From a virus (lineage: Duplodnaviria; Caudoviricetes), in the IMG/VR virus record IMGVR_UViG_3300010885_069896, positions 1 to 64,000 of that record: DNA of 64,000 nt; one strand, 5' to 3'. The notes below the pieces were generated by a model. That model saw only the letters and a list, made by a program, of their open reading frames with translations, did not search any database and had not been told where the DNA came from. The position numbers were made by a program, and so were the translations under genes. The stretch's first letter is position 1; every line of letters begins with the position of its first letter. This document shows positions 39,895 through 50,514 of the stretch, in pieces.

Positions 39895-42800
39895 GCTCAA
39901 CAAGAAACAATTCTCCTTTGTCTTTCGGAGAAATAACAATACAACCAGCCAGGACACCACAGTTAGCACAGCAAAATGTTTTGGCTTCTACACCCAATCT
40001 ATTAGCTTCACCAATGGTACCTGCTTCAACTACTGCCAACTTTGTCCCAGCGGTTCCTATTGGCGTCTCAAACCTTTCTACATTCGTTATACCGGTGCAA
40101 TCTCCACTTATAACATTAACTGGAACGAATGACCCTTTTATAGCTCCGTCGCTGATATTTATCCCAAGACCAAACGCAATAAAAAGATTGACAGATCGGG
40201 ATTCGCAAGAAGAAACACTGTCTATTGAAACATACAGTTTTATAAATGGTCAAGCTGTTTATAATATTAATAGTTTAAGATGCGAGATATTAGCTTTGCT
40301 AGAGTTTAAATCAATATATGATAACTCTATTACTATTAATTCTTTTGGTTCTTACTTTGAAGATTTATATCAGTCTAGCATATTACGTGATTCATTGAGA
40401 AAATATTTGCTTGTAAACAGGGTAAGTAATTCTAACATATTAGCCGTTGGCCTTGATCAATTATCCACAAGAATCACACAAGATATTGATGCATCTAAAG
40501 GTAAAATTGCGGTGTTGGATTCTTTAATATATAAAATTAAAAATATCAACAATGTTCTGGATGTTAAGAACAGTTTGTCAGATTCTTATGTTTTCACTAA
40601 TCCTAGCCAGCCATTAAGACAGTTTTTTACTTCTGCGATGCTTTTCTCAGAACAAACATATAATATATTTTCAGATACCAAAGTACTTTATCAATTACTT
40701 TTTGATCTAGGTGGTATTATTGAAAAATGTTCTTTTAATTTATTGAGCAACTTTACTGATTTTGATAGAACAAATTATGTTAAAAACTCTGATACGATAA
40801 GGCAACAAACGGTTCAGGACTCCGTAACAATAGATCTGACTTATGGTGATAATTTAAAATATAACTCAAAGACATTGAAAGGAAAATATATAAATGATTC
40901 TGTTTCATTTAACGGAATATTAAACTCTCTTCCTCCATTATCAACCAATAGATTTAAATTTATTACCAATTTACTTTCTAAAGAAATGCGGATATCAAAA
41001 GGACTTGGTAAATACAAAATACCTGAATCTAAGTTTTTTGGATTTAAAAATCAGGGCAATCCTTTTGATAGTATTATTGGCACCGTTCCAAATGATATAT
41101 TCTCGGAGCCTGTTGGAAATAACAGTTTATCTACACTCTTTTATATTAAAACAGGAAATCAAAATGTAGTTGTCTTGCCTTTCGAAAATAGGCAAGTAGT
41201 TGGCGACAATGAAACCGTGTTTGTTCCAGGTAGTGTTTACTTTTCTGATGGTATTTTAAAAGGAGATCTTTCATCCTATAACACCTACCGAGAAGTTTTT
41301 TCAACAAGAATCACCAATGCAAAAACGGTTGTTGAAAAATTGTTAACTCAGCAATCTGATAATGATAAAACATCCAAAGATCTTGTTTCTACGAATATTC
41401 TTAATAAATCGCTTGGATTATATAAAATTTCCCAAGATTTTATTCGAGGAATAAATTTTGACTCAACTTCAGTTCTAAGTTTTATTTTATTTCTTAGCGG
41501 AAACTCAAATCCTAAAATTAAATTCGAAGTATTTAAAATGCTTCTATTAATAATTTTATATAACAACAGAAGAGATGTAAGTCAAAATGTGTTGCAGACC
41601 GATAAATTTAGAGATTTATTGTTCAATGAAATGGCGCAGCAAAAACTTCAAGGTTTCACGGATTCAATCACTGAAGAAAACATTGGCAGAATTTTAGATT
41701 TACAGATAAGTCTAGTTAAAAATTTACTTCTCAATACCATGACTAGGACAAAATCAGGAAAAGAAGAGGAATCCGCATTACAAAACACGGACACAGCAGA
41801 AGCGTATTCAAATACACAAAGAGAGCAGCTTGGAAAAGAAGTTGCACAGCCGTTTCCGCAGAGAAACAATCCGAATAACAGTTCAATCCAAATTGCTGTA
41901 CAGCAGTTTACACAATTGACATATTGCCTAAGAGGAGAACAGAATTTATTAAAAAACGTTGTCGATCTAGCAAAATCTTTATTTACTGCGGGCAGTGATG
42001 ATGATAACATCTATTACATCATCGAAAACAGCACATTAACTAGATTTAATAATGTTAGTGTTTCTGGATTTCTTCTTATGGTGTTTGAAATGTTTTCATC
42101 ACTGGTTGATCAGTTTGCAAAGCCAAACATGAGCTATAATTTAATTGATGGATTCGGATCAAGAAATACAGATTCTCAATATATTAGATTTTTATTTGTT
42201 GGTAATTCTTTAGAATCTATCAGCAACAGCATAAGACAATTTCAAATAGGCGCTACATACAATAATCCAATTATTGATGATTACTCTAGGAAACTACAGC
42301 AGGAAGACGAAATCATTGATAATATAATATTATTTTTTGATCGTATGAACTCGCAAATGAAAAATGTAGTTGCTCCGTCTCCAAATGAAATCAGTGTTTT
42401 GTCATCAATGTCCACTACAAATCCAAATTCATTGTCAACTGCTAGAACTGCAAAAAATACGTTAAATTATATTTTAAATAAACTGAACTCATATAATCCA
42501 ACTGGAAATCCATCACTAAATTTTTATTTACCAAGTGGAAAATCAATTAGTGATAAAAATTACGTCGCACTAAAATCATGTTTAAAGAACCATAGATTTT
42601 TGAGTGGTAAAAATAAAATAGCGACAGTTGGAATTCCATACGGATTCACCGATTCCGCTTTGTCGGCACGGCTTTATAAATCCGAAACATACAACGGTAA
42701 ACTACAACAAGAAACAAATGATGTAATAAACATTAAGGTTTATAAATTAAATAAAAATAATGAGGCTGTAATTTATAAACCACAGTCAATTAAATTTGAC

Positions 42801-43499
42801 CTTTCGTTATTTGCAAGGGGATTCGATAGATATCCCATGGAGTTGCTGGCGAATCAAAGCTATGACCAATTAGTAACATTGTTTGAATTCTATGACTTCG
42901 ATGAAGATAATCCATTTACCGAAGTAATAGCAGAAAATGCAGAAGTTTTTTCTACCACCGATCCATATTATAGCATATCGCAGGATCGTCGAGATTTAGC
43001 TAAAGAATTAAGCCGTAATTTATTTGAAAGCTTTATGCTTGATTTATACTTGCATTTATTAACTGGACTAAATACCGCTGAAGAAACTTATATAAAATAT
43101 AGCCAAAATGAAATAAATACTTTTAATACTGAGCTTGGGAAAATTGGTTCAGGTGCAGCAGATTTGTCAAAAGTTAAACTTATGTCGCCAGAATATAAAA
43201 CATTACTTGATCAGTTTAAAGATAAGCTAGATGATGTTAAATTAATGCTGACTCTTTGTAACGATATACCAGGAACAGTGTTTAGAGAAAAAGAATACGA
43301 TCGAACATATACTATTATGTTTGACTCAGATAAATTTCCTATAGATGTAGAAGCTATGAGTAAGACTGTAGAAGGTAAAGAAATGCTAGGATTGATGTAT
43401 AGCTCAAACCAAGTATACACTGAAGATAATGAGCTATATAAATACTCAGAAGATTTTGTGATCGATCAGTACTTTATTAATGTGGAGTTAATACAATAA
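39891..43499 (+). CDS. Large hypothetical protein (1202 aa), probably virion-associated
   Basis: Long ORF coupled (ATGA) to the upstream gene; Pro-rich N-terminus; no recognised family. Confidence 0.7.
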   Translation: MSSTRNNSPLSFGEITIQPARTPQLAQQNVLASTPNLLASPMVPASTTANFVPAVPIGVSNLSTFVIPVQSPLITLTGTNDPFIAPSLIFIPRPNAIKRLTDRDSQEETLSIETYSFINGQAVYNINSLRCEILALLEFKSIYDNSITINSFGSYFEDLYQSSILRDSLRKYLLVNRVSNSNILAVGLDQLSTRITQDIDASKGKIAVLDSLIYKIKNINNVLDVKNSLSDSYVFTNPSQPLRQFFTSAMLFSEQTYNIFSDTKVLYQLLFDLGGIIEKCSFNLLSNFTDFDRTNYVKNSDTIRQQTVQDSVTIDLTYGDNLKYNSKTLKGKYINDSVSFNGILNSLPPLSTNRFKFITNLLSKEMRISKGLGKYKIPESKFFGFKNQGNPFDSIIGTVPNDIFSEPVGNNSLSTLFYIKTGNQNVVVLPFENRQVVGDNETVFVPGSVYFSDGILKGDLSSYNTYREVFSTRITNAKTVVEKLLTQQSDNDKTSKDLVSTNILNKSLGLYKISQDFIRGINFDSTSVLSFILFLSGNSNPKIKFEVFKMLLLIILYNNRRDVSQNVLQTDKFRDLLFNEMAQQKLQGFTDSITEENIGRILDLQISLVKNLLLNTMTRTKSGKEEESALQNTDTAEAYSNTQREQLGKEVAQPFPQRNNPNNSSIQIAVQQFTQLTYCLRGEQNLLKNVVDLAKSLFTAGSDDDNIYYIIENSTLTRFNNVSVSGFLLMVFEMFSSLVDQFAKPNMSYNLIDGFGSRNTDSQYIRFLFVGNSLESISNSIRQFQIGATYNNPIIDDYSRKLQQEDEIIDNIILFFDRMNSQMKNVVAPSPNEISVLSSMSTTNPNSLSTARTAKNTLNYILNKLNSYNPTGNPSLNFYLPSGKSISDKNYVALKSCLKNHRFLSGKNKIATVGIPYGFTDSALSARLYKSETYNGKLQQETNDVINIKVYKLNKNNEAVIYKPQSIKFDLSLFARGFDRYPMELLANQSYDQLVTLFEFYDFDEDNPFTEVIAENAEVFSTTDPYYSISQDRRDLAKELSRNLFESFMLDLYLHLLTGLNTAEETYIKYSQNEINTFNTELGKIGSGAADLSKVKLMSPEYKTLLDQFKDKLDDVKLMLTLCNDIPGTVFREKEYDRTYTIMFDSDKFPIDVEAMSKTVEGKEMLGLMYSSNQVYTEDNELYKYSEDFVIDQYFINVELIQ

Positions 43500-45301
43500 T
43501 GTCAATAACAGTTGGTTCTTCTTTACCGTCCTTGCCAGTTACTTCTATAGATTTACCAGAAATTAAAGAATTTAATTATGATTTTGTGTATAATTTTTTC
43601 ACTACAGATGAACTGACCAACGCCAATATAACAACATTGGCAAACCCAAATACAGTAGAGTTTTCTAAAAATGTTCCAAGATATGTTAAACTATCTTGGA
43701 GTAAGGTTATCGTGGAGTCAGCAGAAAAAGCAAGGACAGATTTCATCGGTATATCGATACAGAAAAATGCGGCAAAAGTCATAGATGAAGAAGATTTTTA
43801 TGTTAAGGCTTTTTCAAATTTTCAGCAACAAGAAACAAATTTCGTAACACAAACTCAATCTTATATGAGTAGGCTTTATGAGCAGCTTAACTATAATCGC
43901 AGAAATGCAAGTTTAAATGATGCATATAAAGCAATTCATGAATCAACACCAGAGCTTTTATCACAGGAATTTATTTCTAAATATCTAAATTATGCACAAA
44001 GCAATGCCACAAGAACATCACAAGAGTCAAGCAGTCCAATTGATGATATGCAGATGAAAAATATCGTTGTTCCAGTAACAAAAAAAATATACGGAACAAT
44101 GTTGCATGAAAAACTATTGAACGACTCTTTAACTCCGTTGAATAAAAACATTATTGATGCAGTTGCTCAAAAATTTGAAGACCAAGTATCGATTAGAGAT
44201 TATGCAAATCGTTTCAATGGATCACAATATGATTTAACTCTAGAAACACCAGTGAGCACTAAGGTAGAAGATGTAAATACAAATAATAATTTTGCCTATG
44301 AAACCACGGGCTATATTATTGATAGATATAGATTACAAAATAGCTCACTTGTTGAAAAGAAAACATTTTATATTGAAAATCCAGAAACAAATGAACTATT
44401 TGACACAGAAATACTTTATAACCAAAAGTATGTTTATAATATCAAAGTAGTGACTGCAATACAAACTTTGGCCTTTGACCCAGAACAAAAAATAAACTTT
44501 GTAGGAACATATCTTGTTGCGGGAAAAGTTATGCGAACAGTGGCCAATTGCATAGATGAAAATCCAGCGCAGCCACCTACTGATTTCTTCATACAGTGGG
44601 ATTATAGTTTAAAAAAACTAGTATTATCATGGAATTTTCCAAATGATATACGTAGGCATATAAAATATTTTCAGGTATTTAGGAGAAAAAATGTAGGGCC
44701 AGTTAGACCGGCACAGTTGCCTTTTGAACTTGTTAAAATGTATGATTTTAATGATTTACAGCAAGCATCCGGCGTAATTTATAATATCGCAGGAAATGTT
44801 TTTAAATTTGTAAACGGAGAAGATGCAATCGATATGTCCGTTGTTACGAGAGTTAATGATTTAAAAAATCTTTCCGTGGTAACTCCAACTTGTTTTATTG
44901 ATGAGGAATTCAACAAGGAGGATTATTATATCTATGCCGTCGCAGCCGTAGACGCTCATGGCATTACTACAAATTACAGTAATCAAATAGGTGTCAAATT
45001 CAATGTGCAGCGTAATACAATTGGAAGAGTAGATATATCAGAGCCAGGAGCACCAAAACCATACCCAAATCTTTATCTAAATAAAGATACCTTTATTGAT
45101 ACAATAAAAAATGAGGGTTATAGCCAAGTAACTGTAGTGTTCAATCCAGAGTACTTTGATTTACAAAGACAAAGCGGTGAAGATTTAAATGTGTTAAGGT
45201 ATGGACCAGATAATTTCTACAGACTGCAATTAATAAACACAGATCTTCAACAAGATCAATTTATAGATATTAAGATAACAGATGATAGAACAACGGTTTA
45301 G
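43499..45301 (+). CDS. Putative structural protein with Fn3-like domains
   Basis: LSWNFP-YFQVFRR, FIDEEF-YIYAVAAVDAHG-TNYSNQI. Confidence 0.6.
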   Translation: MSITVGSSLPSLPVTSIDLPEIKEFNYDFVYNFFTTDELTNANITTLANPNTVEFSKNVPRYVKLSWSKVIVESAEKARTDFIGISIQKNAAKVIDEEDFYVKAFSNFQQQETNFVTQTQSYMSRLYEQLNYNRRNASLNDAYKAIHESTPELLSQEFISKYLNYAQSNATRTSQESSSPIDDMQMKNIVVPVTKKIYGTMLHEKLLNDSLTPLNKNIIDAVAQKFEDQVSIRDYANRFNGSQYDLTLETPVSTKVEDVNTNNNFAYETTGYIIDRYRLQNSSLVEKKTFYIENPETNELFDTEILYNQKYVYNIKVVTAIQTLAFDPEQKINFVGTYLVAGKVMRTVANCIDENPAQPPTDFFIQWDYSLKKLVLSWNFPNDIRRHIKYFQVFRRKNVGPVRPAQLPFELVKMYDFNDLQQASGVIYNIAGNVFKFVNGEDAIDMSVVTRVNDLKNLSVVTPTCFIDEEFNKEDYYIYAVAAVDAHGITTNYSNQIGVKFNVQRNTIGRVDISEPGAPKPYPNLYLNKDTFIDTIKNEGYSQVTVVFNPEYFDLQRQSGEDLNVLRYGPDNFYRLQLINTDLQQDQFIDIKITDDRTTV

Positions 45302-45306
45302 TGAAT

Positions 45307-45579
45307 TTAAATTTTCGTTACGATCACTGTTGCGATTGATCTTATAATAATTCCAAGAAATAAAACTAAAAACAAATTAGAATCAGTGAATGTAATATTT
45401 TTATTTATCTTAGATAATGTTTTATCTTTGGAAATATTTAAATACATCATAGTTCCAAGTATTATTTCTGGTATTGCGTAGTGTAAATTAAAAATTAAAT
45501 TATTTCTACAAAGTAGCCATTCTATTAGAAACAGAAAAATTAAAGGCCCCAGTATTTTGCAAGGGCAATCTTTTTTCAT
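45307..45579 (-). CDS. Small hypothetical membrane protein
   Basis: Three hydrophobic segments in 90 aa; coupled to the upstream minus-strand gene. Confidence 0.55.
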   Translation of the reverse strand: MKKDCPCKILGPLIFLFLIEWLLCRNNLIFNLHYAIPEIILGTMMYLNISKDKTLSKINKNITFTDSNLFLVLFLGIIIRSIATVIVTKI

Positions 45580-45929
45580 GTTATTTGACCATGTATGATG
45601 TGCATGTGATTTTGGTGAATATAAGCAGTTTTTTGATAATATTCAAAGAAAACAGGAAAAAGCATCACAAGATCACTACCTCCAAAACCTTTTGTGGTTT
45701 CGGTCATTCGTTCAACATATGATCTCTGGACTTTTACCGGTTCTCCTACTATTTTAGCAGTAAGACCACCTTTTACACCGCCAACAGGTCTTGGGAAAAC
45801 ACAACCATTCATGTCAATTCGAACATTTCCAATATTATCTTTTTCAAGCTCAAACACAGGAATGTTATCCGATGCCACACCATGAACAATGCTACCCATA
45901 CCTACTTTAACTGAATCTCCTATTGACAT
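45576..45929 (-). CDS. Hypothetical protein (117 aa)
   Basis: Start moved from 46028 (which overlaps groEL) to ATG 45929, preceded by an AAAGGT SD. Confidence 0.6.
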   Translation of the reverse strand: MSIGDSVKVGMGSIVHGVASDNIPVFELEKDNIGNVRIDMNGCVFPRPVGGVKGGLTAKIVGEPVKVQRSYVERMTETTKGFGGSDLVMLFPVFFEYYQKTAYIHQNHMHIIHGQIT

Positions 45930-45967
45930 ATTATTACCTTTGTTTCCTAGTATTATATATTTGTTAT

Positions 45968-48736
45968 TTATTGCTGGCCAGTAACAACAACTGCATTTGT
46001 GGTCAAGAGAAGACCAATCACAGAACATGCATGAGAAAGCGATACACGTTCCACCTTATGAGGGTCAATAATTCCACAATCAATTAAGTCGCAATAAACA
46101 TGTTTTCTCGCATCGTACCCTTGGCGAATTCGTTCATTGACCATTGTTTTAACTTTATTCTCAACAGCTTCTAATGGTCTATTGGTTTTGCCTGCAATAT
46201 CATTTAAAACACTTCTTGCTTTGTCATTTGCCATGTTTTTTAATTCATTCATAACAACATCAGCACTTCGACCTGTATTCTCTACAATAACACGAAGTGG
46301 CTGGCGGCATGCTTCAAAAATAACTTTTGCCCCAGCCAATTCATCTTCAAGAAGGTCGTCCGCATTGATCGCCATTTCTCTTTGCAGCCATTCTGAGGCA
46401 TAGAAAAGAGCCGTGCCACCACCTGGGAGGATTCCCTCTTGAACAGCCGCTATCGTGGCGTTTAAAGCGTCTTCTACACGGTCTTTCTTTTCAAAGATTT
46501 CAACTTCTGTCGATCCACCAACTTTAATAACAGCAATACCACCAGCGAGCTTAGCAAGTCGCTTTTTTGTGTTATCACGTTTCAGTTCATCAATCGCCAC
46601 ATTCGTTGCTAATAGTGAACGCAGTTGCTCAATTCGCTCATCGATAAGTAATTTACGGGCACTGTCTTCGCCCACAAGTGTAGTTGTGCCCCTGGAGATA
46701 ATGGCACGTTTACATTTACCAAGATCCTTTAGGGTTACACTTTTTAGATTTGTCCCAGAACTGGCATCAATTACACTACCGCCAGTAACCAAAGCAATAT
46801 CTGATAAAATATCAATTCTATTATCACCATAACTTGGTGCCTTAACGGCACAAGAAAATAAAACACCTTTCATTTTATTTACAAGCAATGTATGTAAAGC
46901 TTCGCCTTCAATTTCATCACCGATAATTAAAAGAGGTTTATTGGCATTGGCAACCTGTTCAAGTACTGGTAAAATATCTGCTAATGAGCTAAGCTTACGA
47001 TTTGTTATAAGAATGTAGGGCTCTGTTAGTTCGCAAGTTAGTTTTTCTTGATTTGTAACAAAGTAAGGAGAAACAAAACCAGATTCAAATTGCATGCCTT
47101 CAACAACGTCAAGCGTTGTTTTCACGCTTTTTGCTGGTTCAATTGTAATAATTCCATCTTGTCCGACTTTAGAAATGGCATCGGAAAGTAATATCCCTAT
47201 AGAGCGATCTCCGTTGGCAGAAATAGTTCCGATATTAATGATATCATCATTATTTCTTACGGGTATTGCATTTTCTTTAATCCATCCTGTAACTTTTTCC
47301 GTCGCCCACTCCATTCCATGCTTGATGGAAATAGATGAGCGGCCAGTAGCAATCATCTTGACACCTTGCTGAAGCATTGAGTATCCTAGAACGGTAGCCG
47401 TCGTGGTGTTGTGCGTTGGAACATAATCATTTGTAATATATAAGCAATCTTGATTACTGACCTTGATACACATCATTTCAGTTTGCTTATCAAGTTTTTT
47501 AATATCAGTAATACGCATTCCACACTTATTACCTTTTAGCTCGGTAATTCTGTAAATTGGTTTAGTACTATAAGATCCATCATTATGTTTTCTTGCATAA
47601 GTTTGTATATTGACTGATTTGCCAAGACTTCGACATAACTCAACAAAATCTTGACACAGTTGTTTACTAACCGTGCTATATTCAAATAATCCACGACTGT
47701 TAATGCTACCATCTGTATCAATCAAGCCATTTAGTAGTTTTTCTCTGACTGCGGTCACTGAATACAAATATTGCTTTGGAATAAATTTAGTGTGGCTTGT
47801 TTTTCCAAGGAGTCCAAGTTGTTCTAAATGATTTTTTATGATGGATTTTTGTCCATGAACTGGTTGTTTTGCACGATGACTACCAGTAATTGAGGCTTTT
47901 ATATAATGTTTTGTGGATGTATAATATCTTTTACGTAGCTTACAGCCATCTGGCAAAACTATATTATCAAGAATATAGTTTTCTTTGAGACCAACCGAAA
48001 TATCAATTTCATGTTTTTGCGAGAGACTGCCATCTCCAAGAAGAACGCCAAGTAAGTACGGGTCTATTGTTAAATCACTTGAATTTTCAAATTCAACTGG
48101 TGTTTTATTAATAAAAAATCTTCCTCTACCCCCAAGTTGAGCTACAGCGCCCGTTTCTAATAGCGCTTTTGTAGTCATCACCTTTTCAGTTCCATAATTT
48201 GTGTTAACACTCCACAAATGATCCTCACAACACTCTACTGTTCTTGAAATTGTGTTGCGATTGCCGTCAGATATAATAACTTGATATATATCTCTCATTC
48301 CCTTTGGAAAGATACCAAGAACTTTTTGTACAGTTCCATTGGTACCGCAAATTGAGTCACCTATTTTTAATGCACCTAATGTCGTCCATCCGTGCGGTGT
48401 TAATACTTTAGCGTATAGCGGCTGTGGCCCGTCACCTGCCAATTCATTTGTTTTACTTGCAATTTCTTTAATAAGTTCCGCCCCAATAGAAGGAAGCTTG
48501 TCTTTTAAATTAATACTTCTGGCAACCGTGACTCCATCTTTTGTGATTATTGGTGCAGTTACCCCGGTATCAATAATTACATTATGCCCTGACGGACCCA
48601 TCGTAGATTTTACGGCACGATAAAGAATTTCTGCTCCTTGCAGTAATTGAGTATGTGCCTCTTGGCCAAATGTTACTTCGTTCACTGATGGCTTTTGTTG
48701 CATTTCCGCTGCTACCATTTGTCCTGCTTTGCTCAT
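45968..48736 (-). CDS. groEL: Group I chaperonin GroEL (Cpn60) interrupted by an intein; 582 aa after splicing
   Basis: VKSTMGPSGHNV, ITKDGVTVA, AGDG|TTTATVL, ISANGD, VEGMQF, KAPSYGDNR, RLAKLAGGIAVIKVG, RVEDALNAT-AA-EGILPGGG, GIIDP-KV-R. Confidence 0.97.
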   Translation of the reverse strand: MSKAGQMVAAEMQQKPSVNEVTFGQEAHTQLLQGAEILYRAVKSTMGPSGHNVIIDTGVTAPIITKDGVTVARSINLKDKLPSIGAELIKEIASKTNELAGDGPQPLYAKVLTPHGWTTLGALKIGDSICGTNGTVQKVLGIFPKGMRDIYQVIISDGNRNTISRTVECCEDHLWSVNTNYGTEKVMTTKALLETGAVAQLGGRGRFFINKTPVEFENSSDLTIDPYLLGVLLGDGSLSQKHEIDISVGLKENYILDNIVLPDGCKLRKRYYTSTKHYIKASITGSHRAKQPVHGQKSIIKNHLEQLGLLGKTSHTKFIPKQYLYSVTAVREKLLNGLIDTDGSINSRGLFEYSTVSKQLCQDFVELCRSLGKSVNIQTYARKHNDGSYSTKPIYRITELKGNKCGMRITDIKKLDKQTEMMCIKVSNQDCLYITNDYVPTHNTTTATVLGYSMLQQGVKMIATGRSSISIKHGMEWATEKVTGWIKENAIPVRNNDDIINIGTISANGDRSIGILLSDAISKVGQDGIITIEPAKSVKTTLDVVEGMQFESGFVSPYFVTNQEKLTCELTEPYILITNRKLSSLADILPVLEQVANANKPLLIIGDEIEGEALHTLLVNKMKGVLFSCAVKAPSYGDNRIDILSDIALVTGGSVIDASSGTNLKSVTLKDLGKCKRAIISRGTTTLVGEDSARKLLIDERIEQLRSLLATNVAIDELKRDNTKKRLAKLAGGIAVIKVGGSTEVEIFEKKDRVEDALNATIAAVQEGILPGGGTALFYASEWLQREMAINADDLLEDELAGAKVIFEACRQPLRVIVENTGRSADVVMNELKNMANDKARSVLNDIAGKTNRPLEAVENKVKTMVNERIRQGYDARKHVYCDLIDCGIIDPHKVERVSLSHACSVIGLLLTTNAVVVTGQQ
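47408..48427 (-). mobile_element. Class-3-type intein (340 aa) with a LAGLIDADG endonuclease, in GroEL
   Basis: Starts PQPLYAKVLTP. Block B DHLW, block F MMCIKV, ends PTHN before Thr+1 (W-C-T triplet). LAGLIDADG-like LGVLLGDGS and NGLIDTDGS. Confidence 0.92.
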
Positions 48737-48743
48737 TGTTTTT

Positions 48744-49253
48744 TCATTCTTGTGGTAAGTTAACTGCTATTTTACGAACAGAGCCATCTGGCATCATGAC
48801 TTCTCTTGTGTTGAGGTCTGGATCAGATAAGGCTGATCGAAAATTATTCATGGCATTATTTGCCGTTTGAGTACGTGGTTGATTTCCTACTTCACTCAAA
48901 AAAACAGAAGGATCTAATTTTTCGCCAGTTTGATTTGTCGCTGCGGAGGATTTATCAACATTGCCATACCAAGAATTTACACGTCCCATAGTATTTGCAC
49001 ATAAATCATCAACAAATGCCGTCAGCCTAGAAATAAGAACATTCCTTACTTCATCAATACTGCCATAAACTTCGCCATCCACACTGGAAAGATCAACAAT
49101 TCTTTGTTTTTCTGGCGGTCCAATTGCAATCTTATATGAAACGCTCTCACCATCCAGAGAACGGTTAACTATTTCTTGTCTTATGATGCCCGGTAAAACA
49201 GTTTGAGTTTTATTGCTAAGGACATATATTACTTGACCAATCGTATAACTCAT
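48744..49253 (-). CDS. Hypothetical protein (169 aa)
   Basis: Coupled ORF in the minus-strand operon; N-terminal beta-rich YTIGQVIYV. Confidence 0.7.
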   Translation of the reverse strand: MSYTIGQVIYVLSNKTQTVLPGIIRQEIVNRSLDGESVSYKIAIGPPEKQRIVDLSSVDGEVYGSIDEVRNVLISRLTAFVDDLCANTMGRVNSWYGNVDKSSAATNQTGEKLDPSVFLSEVGNQPRTQTANNAMNNFRSALSDPDLNTREVMMPDGSVRKIAVNLPQE

Positions 49254-49265
49254 TATTATATCCTA

Positions 49266-49676
49266 TCAGAACTTTGGAGTTCCTTGTAAAACCTTCATAT
49301 AATCTTCAGTCAAAACAAGAATAACATCATTACTTGCCATTTTTCTTTCATAAGGCGTAAATTCTAGTTTGCTTAGTGAAGTTCTCAGCTTTTGTTCTGA
49401 GTCATATCCAGAATATAAATCAAAAAAATACAATATTTTCTCAAAAGCAGAAGTGTGCAGTGCCATTGGAACAATGCTATTAGTTGATTGTCTACGGCTC
49501 ATCGCTTCATTGATATATTGGTCTGCATCGACAAGAATCATGTCTTGACGATCACCAGCATAAACTGCATATCGTTTTTGACTAAGAATATCTCTTAGTT
49601 TTTTTTCTGATGCATGACCGCCAAAATTTCTACAGTTAAGAATTATTTGTTCTACAACGCTTGGATGAAATCTCAT
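49266..49676 (-). CDS. Hypothetical protein (136 aa)
   Basis: Coupled ORF (ATGA overlap). Confidence 0.65.
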   Translation of the reverse strand: MRFHPSVVEQIILNCRNFGGHASEKKLRDILSQKRYAVYAGDRQDMILVDADQYINEAMSRRQSTNSIVPMALHTSAFEKILYFFDLYSGYDSEQKLRTSLSKLEFTPYERKMASNDVILVLTEDYMKVLQGTPKF

Positions 49677-50167
49677 GAATTAACCTCGTCAACTTTATTT
49701 TCTTCTTTAATCTCTTGCTCATACTGAGCTACTCGTTCTTCCTGAGTAGCTTTTACATGTGTTGCAATTTCATTTGCTTTTTCAACAACCCTATTGATTA
49801 AATCATTGCCATCTTTTCGTGCTTTAGCCAAAGGCTTTAGACCTAGACCAATGCGAATTTTGTCAATTGCTATCCCCATATCCAATTGAGGAAATTGTTC
49901 TTCTAAAACAGATTCAAGATGTTTGAAATCAATATACATGTGTGGATGTGGACCGTCCATGATCTCTTCTGGTTTACCAGAGTCTCCAACTTCATGCTCG
50001 CCTGTCTGTTTATATTCCATAAGGAATAGGCCGGTGGGCATATCTTTATCTTTTGGTATTACCATGTAAGGTATTGGAGATACTTTTTCACCTGGGTAAT
50101 TTGGAGCTTCGTAAAGAATCTCTGGTATAAAATTTAATTTTCTTGATTGTTGTTTTGATACACTCAT
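49673..50167 (-). CDS. Hypothetical protein (164 aa)
   Basis: Coupled ORF (ATGA overlap). Confidence 0.65.
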   Translation of the reverse strand: MSVSKQQSRKLNFIPEILYEAPNYPGEKVSPIPYMVIPKDKDMPTGLFLMEYKQTGEHEVGDSGKPEEIMDGPHPHMYIDFKHLESVLEEQFPQLDMGIAIDKIRIGLGLKPLAKARKDGNDLINRVVEKANEIATHVKATQEERVAQYEQEIKEENKVDEVNS

Positions 50168-50469
50168 GATACACCTGTTTCTAAAACTTCTAGGAATAAA
50201 TCAAAATAATGCTTATGTTGAACTTTTTTCTTGATATCAACCAATCTCAGAGCAAGTTTTAGTGTTTTTGTATCAAGCTTTTGTGAAAACTCTTCAACCA
50301 GTTCCTTTTTTTGTTCACGTAATACTTGCTCTTCATTTTCAAGAGTCCGCATACGTGAAACAAAATCTGAAACGATTGGCCGAAGATCGTTAAAATTTTC
50401 TGGCATTGAGTCTGGATCGTAATCTTGTGTTTTGCGTTTATTCATATGGCAATATTTTTCCGTAAACAT
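50164..50469 (-). CDS. Small coiled-coil DNA-binding protein, T4 DsbA/GapR (DUF2312)-like
   Basis: FVSRMRTLENE-LREQKKELVEE-LDTKTLKLALRL pattern. Confidence 0.55.
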   Translation of the reverse strand: MFTEKYCHMNKRKTQDYDPDSMPENFNDLRPIVSDFVSRMRTLENEEQVLREQKKELVEEFSQKLDTKTLKLALRLVDIKKKVQHKHYFDLFLEVLETGVS

Positions 50470-50514
50470 TGTCTATATTAATAGAAACAGCAGGGGTTTG
50501 TATAATTTTAAATT

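Noticed and set aside
45576-45929. GroES candidate directly downstream of groEL
   Set aside because: It lacks the Cpn10 PL-DRV(L/V)V start and mobile-loop GGI motif; kept as hypothetical.
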